From the NCBI RefSeq assembly GCF_006345805.1, contig NC_043000.1, positions 26,412,001 to 26,476,000 on the forward strand: a DNA stretch of 64,000 nucleotides. The letters are read 5' to 3'. Positions 24,468 to 38,399 of this stretch are shown piece by piece; within the stretch, counting starts at the first letter, position 1; each line of letters begins with the position of its first letter. Source of the stretch: Octopus sinensis. Taxonomy: Eukaryota. The notes under the pieces are model-generated. The model was not told where the DNA came from. It saw only the letters and a program-made list of their open reading frames with translations, and ran no database searches. The translations under genes were made by a program, and so were the position numbers.

Positions 24468-24584
24468 TCGGGTAGAGTCTTTCTTCAGGGAAAGTTTGAC
24501 AAGAGAGGAGCTATAAAGAAACAGCAGGGTTTTACACCCTGTACGTTAGAAAGTCTTCGTGTGCGTGCGTATGTGAAGGCGTGT

Positions 24585-24815
24585 GGTTTAGTAGTGAGGC
24601 GTATTGCACTAACGATCTTGAGTTCGTTTCCCAGACCAGCTGTGCACTGTGCTCTCAACTTCATTACACTGAACTGCAAACGAGTAACCCCGCAATGGAT
24701 TAATCTTCCGATCACGAGAAGAATGTTGGCCTGCTCGCCAAGCCAGCCGGGTGGCGTCACTCGAAAGCTAAAACGAGGCAAAGTGCGTGGTGACTATCGA
24801 TGTATAGCATACAAT
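24585..24815 (+). mobile_element. tRNA-derived SINE, head type D with the 45.4-kb-type tail
   Basis: gaaggcgtgtggtttagtagtgagg...gagttcgtttccc; tail aagctaaaacgaggcaaagtgcgtggtgactatcgatgtatagc. Confidence 0.7.
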
Positions 24816-24867
24816 ATAAGCATGTATGTATATTTATGTATATATATGCATGTATATATGTATGCAC

Positions 24868-24901
<34 letters not shown>

Positions 24902-24941
24902 GTCTATATATTCAAAATATATGTGTATATATATATATATA

Positions 24942-24973
<32 letters not shown>

Positions 24974-25639
24974 GCATATGAATGTGTGTGTTTGTACATC
25001 AGACACATCTTCATGAGCATAACTAAACACGCATACGCACACATACTCTCACACATACACACAAATACTCACGCACACATTCCTACCTCCATATTTCAAC
25101 TTGACAATCATATACAAACGCTTATACGTACATACATACAATAATAAATACAATCTTGCAAATATTCATACATATGCATACGTTTGTAGACACACGTATG
25201 TACATGTGTATGTGTGTGAGTACGTATATGCATGCGTGCATACACACACATATATACACAGACACATACAGACAGACAGATACACACACATACTCGGCGC
25301 AGTCATATCTTGTACATTAACAAGTAAATTTGCCCATATGAATATTTGATATGAACAATACACATTATAACATTATTACGGCTATCAGTTGATTGATGAG
25401 ATCTGAAAAGCGGTAGCAGAAGGAAGCATAAGACTTCCCTCCCTCGTCGTCCCCCGGCATAATGCAATAAAACCGAACGGATTACTACAAGCCTTTTCTT
25501 TTATTGGTGCCGTTGCCCTATCAAAGTTATCTGATAATAGCAACAAACGAAGAAGGGGGGGAAACACTACATCTTACGTCTTGGTTACTTAATTTCAAAA
25601 AAAGTCAGAGGAATGGCGAGCGTTTTTCATACGGTTGTT

Positions 25640-26400
25640 GTTAATTGCGTTTGGAATGTTGGCGATGAGGGTGACGGTGCTGGTGGTTGCGTAGATATTG
25701 GCGGAGGCGATGATGTTCGTTTGTGATGGTGGGGTGTGTGGTACTAATTTTTGGTGTTACCACACTAATGGTTGTAGCGCTGGTAGTGGTGGTGGTGGTC
25801 ATGCTAATGTTGTTGCTAGTGTTTGTAGTGGTGGTGGAATTGGTGTTAGTAGTGGTAGTCGTGGGTGGGTTGGTGTTGTTGATTATGGCGTGGCGCTACT
25901 GCTGTGGTGTCGCTGGTCTGGTTGTTTTGATGTGGTGTTTTTGTTGTTTATCATTAATTTAGACAAGATTCAGCAGTTTTATGATCCAAGATATTCCATC
26001 CGTGACCATCCTGTCTTTTCATCTCAAAAACTCTATCGTCTGATGTGTCTTCATTTTTACAGTGAGGATGTGGTTAGAGAGAGATTTGACTGCTATTTCT
26101 ACCAGATTCAAAGACCTCATATAAGCTCCCTCGTGGGTTCAGAGATTCCTTCTGTTATATTTGGTGTTGTTCCATCGGAAGGGTTCATGGTGTTGGGGAT
26201 AGTGTTGTTGTTGTTGTTGTTTGTGTTGCTAGTAGTGCTGTTGATGATGGTGATGGTGGCGGCGGTATTGCCAACGATGCTGGTGTTGTTGAGTTGGTGC
26301 TATTGTTGTTGTTGGCGGCGTAGGTATTGCTTATGTTGTTTATAATTATGGTGGTTGTGTTGGGTGGTGTTGATTGGATGTGATTTTGGTGATATTGAGA
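25640..26400. repeat. Degenerate (GTT/GGT)n low-complexity tract interrupted by a dispersed repeat (25955-26135)
   Basis: Directly visible. Confidence 0.8.
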
Positions 26401-26599
26401 TGATGGACCATAGGATAAACTGATAGACATCGTGATTTCAATGTTTATATAAATTAATGATAGTGTTTTCGTTTAGAAAGGGGAACGAAATAAAATCTAG
26501 AAATGCATTAGTGAAAAATACAAAATACAAAATACAACAAATCCAAATCTCGTTCTCAAACAAAGAAGACGAGTTTCACTCAAATGCATGCGCATGCGT

Positions 26600-26800
26600 G
26601 CGTGTAGATGCTAGAAAGAGCGCGCGCGAGTGAGCAAGTGTAACACGCATACATGCAGTTATCATAGAAGAAAGAAAGAAAGCAGGAAAGAAAGAAAGAG
26701 TGACGTGACGCAGTTACTTTAAGATGCAGCAACGAAAACGAGCTAAACGAATCACGTGATCTTTCGTTGTTCGATTAAAACAGCCGACACACCACCAACC
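26600..26800. promoter_or_regulatory. CpG-rich regulatory-like island with CRE half-sites and an E-box
   Basis: gagcgcgcgcgag, GTGACGTGACGC and ATCACGTGAT within 160 bp of unique sequence. Motif presence only. Confidence 0.3.
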
Positions 26801-27966
26801 AAGGCAAACACTGTCTGGTTTTAGTTCTTTGACTTCTCTAAAAGATGTTCACCTTCATCACACATTACCAGTTCAGATTTCAAGAAACGAAAAGCCAAGT
26901 CTACAAGACTTTGCATCAATTTCGTCAGTGAAGAATGAATAATTTAGAAGGATTCTACTCTGTCGGTTTTCATTTGTTTCTTTCTATCTGTAATTCTTGG
27001 ACTCGATTTTGGCTCTCACATAACCGAATGAGAGAATAAATGCGCTCAATAGTTACTTTTTCTGGTTTTCTATTTCTTTTTCAGTTGGTGGAAAGGCGTA
27101 AATTATTACATTGAATTTAATGTAGAATATATTTATTCTTATACTAAATATAAAGACTTTTTATTTTACCATATGCAGAGAATATACAACCAAATATTTC
27201 TTATAACTATACTTATAAAATTTTTATTCTCTGCATATTTCTGAATGTACGAGGAAATAAAACATCTTGCTTTTAAGGTGACATTGAAATAGCATTTCTG
27301 CTGAACACAGAACACGAAATAATGTTTCGAGTCGAGTTTGAAATATTATAATTGTGAATGAAGAGTTTATCACGCAACACACGTACAAACATACAATAGT
27401 GAAAAAGCATTACATAACTTGGAGATGGACATATGCAGTCAATGGAGAAAAGCGAGTGGCAAATATATCATAGGATAAAGAGAGAACATATCACGCAACA
27501 ATGAGATGAATGCCGAACCATAACTATAAATTAAATACATAACTCATCTAACAGAAATCACTATGCAAATATTTGAGAAGTAAATTACACAATTAAATAG
27601 AATATATCACTTGGGAGAATTAACAAAGACGCAGAACAGAGAGCTGTCAAACAAACGTACAACGTAAACAGTTAGGTTAACGTTTGGGAAAGACAGCTTA
27701 AAACTGTGTTATTCCACTGACAATGTTAGATCCGATTTATATCTTTAAGCGGTAGGTCCGAAAACACTGCCTTGTTTAACAACGTTACACAGTCATTTGA
27801 GATTTTTATATACAAATATTCGGGAGAGCATCTCGGTCACCCTTTTGTCCGTTTCTACTTTTCTTTTTCGCCGGCAGCCATTAACCCTTTGATGCTCTGG
27901 CCATCATTTACAACGATTTTCCCGGTCTAAGAGGACCTTTAAAGCTCTTAGGCACAACACGTCTTA

Positions 27967-28035
<69 letters not shown>

Positions 28036-28268
28036 TATGTACACACACACACATAAACATATATGTATAATTATAATGTTTACAACTACATATACATATT
28101 CGTATATTTACTCTAGGAATATATATCTATACACGCATATACACATATACATACCTACATACACATATATACCTATCTCCCTCTCTCTCTCTCTCTCTCT
28201 ATCTATCTATTTATCTATCCATCTATCTATCTGACTGTTTGTCTGCCTGTCTGTCTGTCTGTCTATCT

Positions 28269-28321
<53 letters not shown>

Positions 28322-29571
28322 ATATATATATATATTATATATATATATATATATATATCAATGTATCTACGTAGCAATGTGATATACAGTACAGTAATTT
28401 AAGTGCATATAATCGTAGAATATACCACCACACGGCTAAGAATGAAAAGAAAAAAGACATTGGTGCTACCCACATAGCGGGATCCAGTGAACAATTCCGG
28501 AACTCACCACAAAATTTATTATAGAAATGTGAATATCCCAACAAAACTCCAGTCCGTAAAATATGCACATTTACCTCTGGAACGCAACTATTCTGCACTT
28601 GAAATATATAAAGTAATTTTAAAATAATATGTTTCTCGTATATATTTCCCAAAATAAATCAACAAAAATGATTGCTTCTGGAATGATCTTAAAATATGCT
28701 CAGTCTTCTGTAAATTTCCATCCTTTGATGTTCTTGATGAATTCCGATGAAAGAAGTTGACAGACATATATTTCCAATTGCGGGGGTGAAGTGAAATCTT
28801 TTCATCTGTCTCTCATCTGCTACTTATAAATAGACTGTTCATAATTCTGTTGTAAACTTTATATAATTACCGATGTATAAACTTTATAGATTTCCGAAAT
28901 AAAGTACTGAAATGTTTTTTAATTTACTGGAATCAAACGAAATAACTCAATGGAAATTTATAATACAAGACATTAAAATAATTTTTCTGATTTCCTTTTT
29001 TTTTTTAAACAGTTAAAATTCGATCTCTATATAAAAGATAAAAATATGACTAAATATATATTTTTGTATTGAACTAAACGGACAATGATACTAAATACGA
29101 AGATATGAATTTTTAAATAATTTTACTGTAAAATCAACGTATAGGTATACACTTAAGTTTATAGCATAGCGTGTGATTCCCAGTCAAGCAGTTAGTTAAC
29201 TGTCAATACAAAATGTACAGAGGATGGTTTTATATAAGGCTTTCATATAAACTTCAATATGAATTTCAGTATTGATTTATTGCGGTTATCCATTTCAGGG
29301 TAGCGGGTGTAATGTAATCAATTTAAATCCACCCCTGACTACCACTCTTCGTGTTATTGCAAGTCAGAAAGGTGAAATACTAAATATTTTTTTTAAAATA
29401 CAAAGCAACAAATACGATAAAATAAAAGATAAGAAAAAAAACTGGGAGTGTTTTACGGGGTCATTCGACCTGCTAGAAATAGAAGGCAGATTTCCATTAT
29501 TCGCACATTATCCTCTTAATAAAAAGGAAAATGCAATACTAAATTATAGTATTACGTTAGCATTAGATCTT

Positions 29572-29948
29572 TTATTTTTACTTGTTTCAGTAATTAGACT
29601 GCGGCCATGCTGGGGCACCGCCATGAAGAACTTTTAGTTGAATGAATCGACCCCAGGACTTATTTTTGATTTTAAAATCTGGTACTTATTCTAAAAGTTT
29701 CTTTTGCCGAACCGCTGGGCTAGGGGGACGTAAACGCACCAACACTAGTTGTCAAATGGTGTTGGGGATCAAATACACACGCACATACATAAACACACAT
29801 ATACATATATAAGACGGGCTTCTTTCAGTTTCCGCCTACCAAATCCACAGACAAGCTTTGGTTGGCACAAGGCTATAGTAGGAGACACTTGAACCCGGAA
29901 CCATGTGGTTGGGAAACAAGCTTCTTACCACACTGTCACATCTACGCC
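29572..29948 (-). mobile_element. SINE family A, internally deleted
   Basis: Family A tail and head motifs in reverse. Confidence 0.85.
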
Positions 29949-30089
29949 TGATCATATACGCATGCATATATTTTTGGAATCATTTGGCTTCTGTTTCTAG
30001 CAGATCGAGCGGCCACGTTGAGGCTTCCTTGCGATGGAATTTACCTTTATTCCACAGTATTTCTCCTTACTTTTATATAATCCTTTCTA

Positions 30090-30395
30090 CTAGAGGCACA
30101 AAGTCTGAAATTTTGGCAGAAGGGGTGTAGTCGACTACATCGACCCCAGTGTGTAACTGGTACTTAGTTCATCGATCCCGATAGTATGAAAGGCAAAGTC
30201 GACCGCGGTTAAATTTGAACTCGGGTGAATTTTATATAATAATCCCTTCTACTATAGGCACAAGGCCTGGATTTTGTGGGGAGGGGAGCAGTCGATCACA
30301 TCGACCCCAGTGCTCCACTGGTACTTAATTTATCGATCCGAGAGGATGAAAGGTAAAGTCAACCTCGGTGGAAATTGAACTCACACGAATTTTAT
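30090..30395 (-). mobile_element. Two adjacent family B (tail type 2) SINE 3' fragments
   Basis: ctttctacta.aggcacaa.g...gtcga.tacatcgaccccagtg...gaaaggcaaagtcgac occurs twice (30085, 30245). Confidence 0.8.
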
Positions 30396-30659
30396 ATAAT
30401 AATGGCATTTTAAATATTTAGTAAAAATTGGTTTTAACATATTTAAAGAGCATTAAAAGATATAATGGTGTGATAGAAAACACACACACACGATATTACG
30501 CCTAGGTTGATTTAGCCAATTTCATTGTATACGTGATCGTTAAAAATAAATATCAGGACAAAAAACGAAAATCGATCTAGATTGACTAAAACAACCTTGA
30601 CTGTTCAGGGATCCAGGGATCTAGCATGGCTATAATTCACAGAACGAAACAAGGAATGA

Positions 30660-31220
30660 CCATTCTTCTTTATTTTTGATCTTTTAGTCGAACGAGTATT
30701 TATTTTAAAATCTGATACTTGTTCTGTTGGTCACCTCTGCCGAAGCGTTAAGTTACGTAGACGTAAACAAACCCACACTAGCTGCCAAGCGGTGAGAAGA
30801 GGACAGAGAGACACGCACCTGTCTGTCTGCCTTTCTTTCTTTCTTTCTTTCGTCCTTACTTCTTTCCTTCCTTCCTTTCTTTCGTCCTTCCTTTCTTTCT
30901 TTCTTTCTTCGTCTTACTTTTCCTTCCTTCCTTTCTTTTCGTTTCGTCCTTCTTTTTCCTTTCTTTCTTCTTTCTTTCTTCTTTTGTTTCTTTCTTTCTT
31001 TCTTTCTTTCTTACTTTCTCTCTCTCTCTCTCTCTCATACGCACACACATACACACACATACACACATACGCACACACGCATATACGACGGACTTCACTC
31101 ACAATGTGTCGGTCGGCTCAAGGCTGTAGTCGACACTCGTCCATGGTACCGAGCAACGGGACCAAACACAAAACCACGTGGTTGCAAAGCGGCCTTCTCC
31201 ACCACACTCTCATGCCTGCG
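30660..31220 (-). mobile_element. Degraded SINE family A with expanded (CTTT)n interior
   Basis: Tail and head motifs flank a 200-bp CT-rich tract. Confidence 0.65.
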
Positions 31221-31555
31221 CCCAATAGAAATATACGAATGAATAAGTAATCCGGTAACGTAAGATTACGATTGAGACTAAAGAGAAAGGCTATATCAAA
31301 GTTCTCACTATACACAAAATTTGTAATAAAAATAAAAAAAGAACGGATTCCAAGAAGCCTGTGACAATCGTTCCTTGGAGGAATCATTCTACAGAATACG
31401 TTGTTCAACTCTAATTGCTTCCAATTGAAGGAAGACAAGAGGAGATTTTTAAGATATATAAAAAGTTTTGTGTGGTTAATTCCAGTGGGTAAAGCCGCTT
31501 ATTTCGTGTCATTATTTAGATTTCGAATCCGTATGCCTTATATATACATACAAAC

Positions 31556-31586
<31 letters not shown>

Positions 31587-31853
31587 CATACATACATACA
31601 TACATACATACATAAATACGTACATACATGCATGCATACATACATACATGCATACATACATATATGTATAACTATATGTGTATAAATATATTATATGCAT
31701 GTGTGTGTGCATGTGTGTGCTTGTACCTATGTAGAGGAGGCAGAAAAGAACGATAGACAGGTTAGATAAATGGTTGTAGGGAGAGAGATGGTGAATGGAG
31801 AGTAATAGAGACTATATATATATATATATATCAGTAAAGAGTAAAAGAGTTAT

Positions 31854-31928
<75 letters not shown>

Positions 31929-31957
31929 AAAAGAGTTATATATATAAAGAGTAAAAG

Positions 31958-32027
<70 letters not shown>

Positions 32028-32499
32028 GAAAGAAAGCGAGAAAAGTAGGAGTTTAAACATACATAAGCTAACAGGAAAACTGTTTATCATGTCGGTTGAA
32101 GCAAAAGATCTCGTTCCTTTTGTATTGGCAACAGGAAAACCAATAGGAAAACAAACAACAAAAAGAATAACTACAACTACGACAGAAGAATCAAATGGTC
32201 TTTTGAGACAAGATAATGACTGGCAGAGAAAACCGCCCAAAGAATCTGTGTCTTAGAAGCTACACAGCACAGTCAGGATGGAGAGTTGCCTATAGGGCTT
32301 CCTACCATTGTCAGCCGACATATTAATAACATCTTACAGTTTTTAAAATTACGTTCTTTGTTTATTAGCAAACAACTAAGTCCAACAATATCCATGCATA
32401 CATACGGAGCAGACATCGTACACATATATATATACATATATATATACGTTGCTCATAGAAATATTATTCGCTTGTGTGTGCGAGCGTGTGTATTCTCAA

Positions 32500-32572
32500 A
32501 GATGTAGGATATGAGATTTTCCATATGCGTATCTTCATCCGGCCCGCATACATATGTACGTGTGTATGTATG

Positions 32573-32610
<38 letters not shown>

Positions 32611-32661
32611 TATACACATGTATGTGTGTGCACTCACTCACATATATATATATATATATAG

Positions 32662-32692
<31 letters not shown>

Positions 32693-32884
32693 CCCATATA
32701 TGCGCGAAATAATTCAAGTGCTTTAGATAGATAATTGCAAATATGAGCACGAATGCTCACAGGTACACATATCAATAAACAAAAAAAGATTCAGACGTAT
32801 ATAGACAAGACACGCACACACACACATTGCTTCATATACAATACATACACTTACATACATACATACATATATATATATACAAAC

Positions 32885-32923
<39 letters not shown>

Positions 32924-33131
32924 TCATTCATACATATACATAAATATATATATTTATATACATATAGACATAAATACATATACATATATATACATAAATA
33001 CATATATATATATATATAAATACATATACACATACATACATATATACATATATATACATATATATAACATACATATATATATACATACATACATATATAC
33101 ATACATACATATACACATATATATTACATAC

Positions 33132-33177
<46 letters not shown>

Positions 33178-33181
33178 TATA

Positions 33182-33233
<52 letters not shown>

Positions 33234-33873
33234 ATATACACGTACAGACACACACAAGCGCATATATGTGTGTGTGTCATTATATGTATGTACACACCTA
33301 CATAGAAATATGTATACTCTTTTATATGCACACACACGTGTGTGCGTGTATATATATATATATACATATACATATATAAATATATATATATACAATACAT
33401 ATATACATAAACACATATACATATATATATATGTGTGTGTGTGTGTATATCGAGTAAGAAAGAGAGAGAGAGAGAGAGGGAGAAGGGGAGAGGGGGAGAG
33501 AGCGCGAAGTAGAAGAGGAAAGAAACAAAAGCAGAAAGGGAAGAATGTCTAACGCAATCACAATGAGGAGGCGAAGCAGCAAAATGTCTGAAGCATTGGA
33601 TAGGAAGATTGAGATGGTGCGAAAACAATGATGGCGGCGATGATTGCGGTAGAAGAGGTGATGGTAGGGATGTATACGTGAAGAGGTTGTCTAACCATTT
33701 GAGATAACAATAGATGTGAACAAGGTGGTTTTGTTGTTGATGTGATTTCTCTTTCATTCTAGATACAAGTCTTAAAAGTTGCTCTTTTTCTTTTTTAATT
33801 CATTTATTAGTGAATGCTACGCTGAACAACATACACACAGACAGACATCAGACAAACACACACAAACTCATCC

Positions 33874-33905
<32 letters not shown>

Positions 33906-34020
33906 GAGTGCGTGTGTGTATATATATATACAGATATATATATATGTATATATGTTTCTTTATTAGCCACACACACACACATATGTATATATACATACTC
34001 ACAAACACACTATATACACA

Positions 34021-34059
<39 letters not shown>

Positions 34060-34281
34060 ATATATAAATACAAATAATGCATGTACACATACATATATAT
34101 ATATATACATATGTATATGTATGTATACACACACATACATACGTACACGCATGCATATACATACTTATCCACACACACACACACATATATACATATGCAC
34201 CTACATACATATATATATATAAAAACATACATTATATATATATGTATATATATGTATATATATATGTATATATATGTATGT

Positions 34282-34313
<32 letters not shown>

Positions 34314-34360
34314 GTATATATATGTATATGTATATATATATATGTATGTATATATATATC
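32500..34360. repeat. Long compound (TA)n/(TACA)n/(TG)n/(GA)n microsatellite field
   Basis: Directly visible; source of many spurious Y/I/M/C-rich ORFs. Confidence 0.95.
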
Positions 34361-34574
34361 AATTTTACGAAAGCAAAGTTTGATAGTCCTTTGTAGTTTC
34401 GCCTCGTTGCCTTTATCAAACATTGAAATATATAGAGTGATTCTTCAATTAATGTTTGACACCCTTTATGTACGACTATTATACATATATATATATGTAT
34501 GTGTGTGTGTGTGCGTATGTCACGGAACCTCTTCAAAAATTAGAAGTTATTAATATATATGTATATACATATAT

Positions 34575-34809
34575 GAAGGCGGCGAACTGGCAGAAACGGT
34601 AGCACGCCGGGCGAAATGCGTAGCCGTATTTCGTCTGCCGTTACGAAATACGGGTTCAAATTCCGCCGAGGTTGACTTTGCCTTTCATCCTTTCGGGGTC
34701 GATAAATTAAGTACCAGTTACGCACTGGGGCCGATGGAATCGATTTAATCGCTTTGTCTGTCCTTGTTTGTCCCCTCTGTGTTTAGCCCCTTGTGGGTAG
34801 TAAAGAAAG
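34575..34809 (+). mobile_element. SINE family B, monomer with 20-bp TSD
   Basis: TSD atatatgtatatacatatat at 34555-34574 and 34810-34829. Confidence 0.92.
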
Positions 34810-36072
34810 ATATATGTATATACATATATCATCGTTATTTATTTACAATAATATTTAGTATTATTAATGTGTGTGTGCATGCGCACCTGTGTGGCGATGT
34901 TGCGTCTGTATATACGAGAGTGTTTTTGTGTCCAGGGAAAATACCATGTGGTACTCACTCCGTAATAGGTTCTAGGATTGTTAAAGGATGTAACGTAATA
35001 GATAACCTCATTTTTTTTTCGGTGAATTGAATACCGGACTACTTACCAAGGACGGCATAATTAACTAAAACGCTTAAAGGCTGTGCTCCAGCATGGTCGC
35101 AGCCCCATGATTGAAACAAGTAAAAACCTGAACGTTAATAGAAAGACACTCTAAGCGAAAGTAAGGACCTCATGTGTATCATATCCTTATTATTCAATGA
35201 GATATAGAACATGGCCTGATTTGAAGAATACTCGAGGCTTCACAGGTGTCACTCGCAAGTGAGTGTGACTCAATAATAAGTAATGTGCTTTGGTTAATTG
35301 TTCTAAGAAGTAGGCGTAAACACCTTCTGGGTTCTTCCATTCTGGTTCCTGCGGAACATGGAAGAGGATGTGACGACTGGAGGGAGATTCAACCACCTCA
35401 GCTCACTGCAGCTAGCCCTCACTCGCTTTCAGCTGACCACACTAGACGAAAATAAAATTAAGCGCCTTGTTTAAAGATACAATGTACGCTAACCTCCTCC
35501 ACTGCTCTAGGAATCAAAACCATGACCTTAAGGTCCGAAGGTCAACACTTAACCACCAGACCACAAACCTTTGTAATTTGAATTGACTGTTGCAGCAGAC
35601 ACTTGAGGTTACAGAACCGATTATTTCTGACAGTAACTCTACAAATCTACTTGGGATTTTGATGGTTTTCTTTTATATTTCTTTGGTAAACATATTTCTT
35701 TGATAAATATATTTCTTTGATAAATATATTTATTCGTTTATTTTATTTTCTCGCTTTCTCTCTTAATTATTTCATCAATAACTTTCTTTGTCTTCTGCAT
35801 TTCTCCAACATTAAAACGATAAATAAATAAAACCCGGCGCGCCAGTCATCTTGCGTGGATGTACGCCCACCTAGAAACAGCAGCTAAAGTCTTCTTCAAA
35901 TTACACCTGTAGTTTCATATTGAGGCAAAGGAAATATCGGGTAATGAATGTAGTATTACACGTATACATGAAAGGACGACAGGGTAGCTGGCCATGGAAG
36001 GACTGCTTTTCATCATAGGTTCGCACGATAAAGCTGACGTAGGACTAATCACGAACAGCAATAGCAGCTACG

Positions 36073-36106
<34 letters not shown>

Positions 36107-36319
36107 CTACTACTACTACTACTACTACTACTATAACAACATTAACACCAATATTTTCAGTTTGATAGCTGCTAACCAATGAGAGTCAATGAGAGTCAAT
36201 GGGGAAGCCTGTACGTGATCCCTCGACCTACTAGAAATAGCCGCTAAATGTCCCTTATTTTACACTATCGATTTAAGCGCACCGTATATTTTTAGCTCAA
36301 TAATATACAATTTAGTTAC

Positions 36320-36454
36320 GGTCAGAAATCTTTTAATCAGAAAGCTTGCTCGATCAGAACTGACCCCGGAGGTCAAACAACAACGCCAAAACACCACCGT
36401 CACCTCTAACAGCAGCAGCAGCAGGAGTAATGATACATTGACAGCCATTTCCAT
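36320..36454 (-). CDS. Candidate first coding exon with signal peptide, 45 aa (MEMAVNVSLLLLLLLLEVTVVFWRCCLTSGVSSDRASFLIKRFLT)
   Basis: gaaATGG context, Leu-rich h-region, small residues near a likely cleavage point, dibasic KR, phase-0 donor ACC|GTAACT at 36319. The Leu run derives from a (CTG)n repeat, so it could be fortuitous. Confidence 0.4.
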
Positions 36455-36842
36455 TCGATATTTCCTCGTGTGTGTAGTAAAGAGTATTTAACAGAATCTG
36501 TTTAATAAGAACAAGAAAGATGTCTCGAGACTGAAGAAGTTCAACGGGGTCAGTCATGAGACCAAAGTAATCGGCATAATTTAGATTCAATTATTTTTCA
36601 GTCGATTACATCTTTCAGATTTGATGTGAAAGTTAATATTAAAAAAAAAAATAATTGCTTTCAGCTGCCTTTTAATTATATATTACTAATAGTACACATA
36701 TTTCTTCATTAGAGACATAAAAGTGTTAATAAATGCCATTAACGCTTCTTTTAAAATTTCCTATCGATCACAACGTAGTTACAACTTGTTCTCTTTGCCA
36801 ATCGTGTTAAACTTGAACAGTAACAATATTATAGCGGAGTTA

Positions 36843-37335
36843 AGGCGGCGAGCTGGTAGAAACGTTAGCACGTCGGGCGAAATGCGTAGCCGTATTTCGT
36901 CTGCCGTTTCGTTCTGAGTTCAAATTCCGCCGAGGTCGACTTTGCCTTTCATCCTTTCGGGGTCGATTAAGTAAGTACCAGTTGCGCACTGGGGTCGATA
37001 TAATCGACTTAATCCGTTTGTCTGTCCTTGTTTGTCCCCTCTGTGTTTAGCCTTTTGTGGGTAGTAAAGAAATAGAAATAGGTATTTCGTCTGCCGCTAC
37101 GTTCTGAGTTCAAATTCCACCGAGGTCGACTTTGCATTTCATTCTTTCGGGGTCCATTAAAGAAGTTACGCACTGGGGTCGATATAATCGACTTAATCCG
37201 TTTGTCTGTCCTTGTTTGTCCTCTCTGTGTTTAGCCCCTTGTGGGTAGTAAAAAAATAGGTATTTCGTCTGCTGTTACATTCTGAGTTCAAATTCCGCTG
37301 ACTTTGACTTGCGACCATTCAGGGCCGATAAATTG
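36843..37335 (+). mobile_element. SINE family B, trimeric (head + 2 full units + partial third)
   Basis: Units start at tatttcgtctg at 36893, 37083 and 37261; joined to a family A 3' fragment (37336-37460). Confidence 0.9.
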
Positions 37336-37923
37336 TGTGTGTGTATGTTTGTGGGTCTGAGTTTGTCCCCCCCACCACCACCACCATCGCTTGACAACCA
37401 ACGTTAGTATGCTTACGTTCCCGTAAATGTAGCGGTTCGGCAAAAAAGACCGGTAGCTCATGCCATTCTTAGATGTGAAGCATCATCCCCATCCTGTGGG
37501 AACTGTTTACGGGGACCTTGCGGGAACCTCCTCTCATCCTCTGCATTAGCGTCCTGCATCCACAGAGTTTTAACAAAGTGATGCAAGTGATACAAAATTA
37601 AAATTTATGAAGGAGATTGAAACGAGGCTCACTATATTACTGGTACTTCAATAATTGACTCAAGTGTGAACCAGGCATTTTTGAATTACTACGAGTCTAC
37701 GACTCTTGATTGATTCGTTCGAAATAGCAAAAATAGCTGCCAATTCTCTCTAAAACAACACGCTACTGTCTTAAAAATATGAAGGACACAATGTATAGTG
37801 TTGTCCGGAATAGATTACGGCTGGAAAAAAATACAACTGGTTTTGATCAAATGTCTGTTTAAGATTGTGGTAATACAATAATGAGAAGAATAGAAAAATA
37901 ATACTGCAAAGCTTTTAGTACAA

Positions 37924-38316
37924 CTAGCAGTATCGCCCGGCGTTGCTCGGGTTTGTTTCGACCCTTTAGAATCGGAATTTTTGAAAAGTGAAAATTTTAC
38001 ATTATGTAGCTTGCTATTCTCTTTAAGTGAACATTTTTCTGGTTGAAATACACTGAAAATGGCGACACAGCAGTAAAAAAATCGTTAAAAAATAGGGATT
38101 TTCATAGAAAAAAATCACCTTTTTGATGTAAATAATTTTTGGTGTTAACATGGTCTGATTTGAATTTGTTTCTTCTACGGAAGGAAGAGCAAGCCTTCTT
38201 CTATCATACTCTCAATTTTGGTCAACTTGCGCCGCAGGGTCTCGGAGGAGATAGTGTTAGTTGAAGGCTACCAAACCTGCCATACACAGACAACTTCAGC
38301 TTTACATATATAGAGA
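37924..38316 (-). mobile_element. Non-autonomous Helitron (copy A)
   Basis: Minus strand A|TC start at 38316; same 3' hairpin and CTAG|T as 20494. About 93% identical by eye to 48996-49385. Confidence 0.92.
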
Positions 38317-38399
38317 TGTTCTACAATGCTTGCTTACCGCATAAAATGGACGATTTGTGCTCGCTTGTCACGACACGTATTCGAGTGTTACGAATTCTT

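Noticed and set aside
24381-24947. 188-aa ORF
   Set aside because: Composed of a SINE A fragment, (TA)n, a SINE D copy and more microsatellite.
25698-26345. 215-aa ORF
   Set aside because: GGT/GTT low-complexity tract plus a dispersed repeat; no protein-like features.
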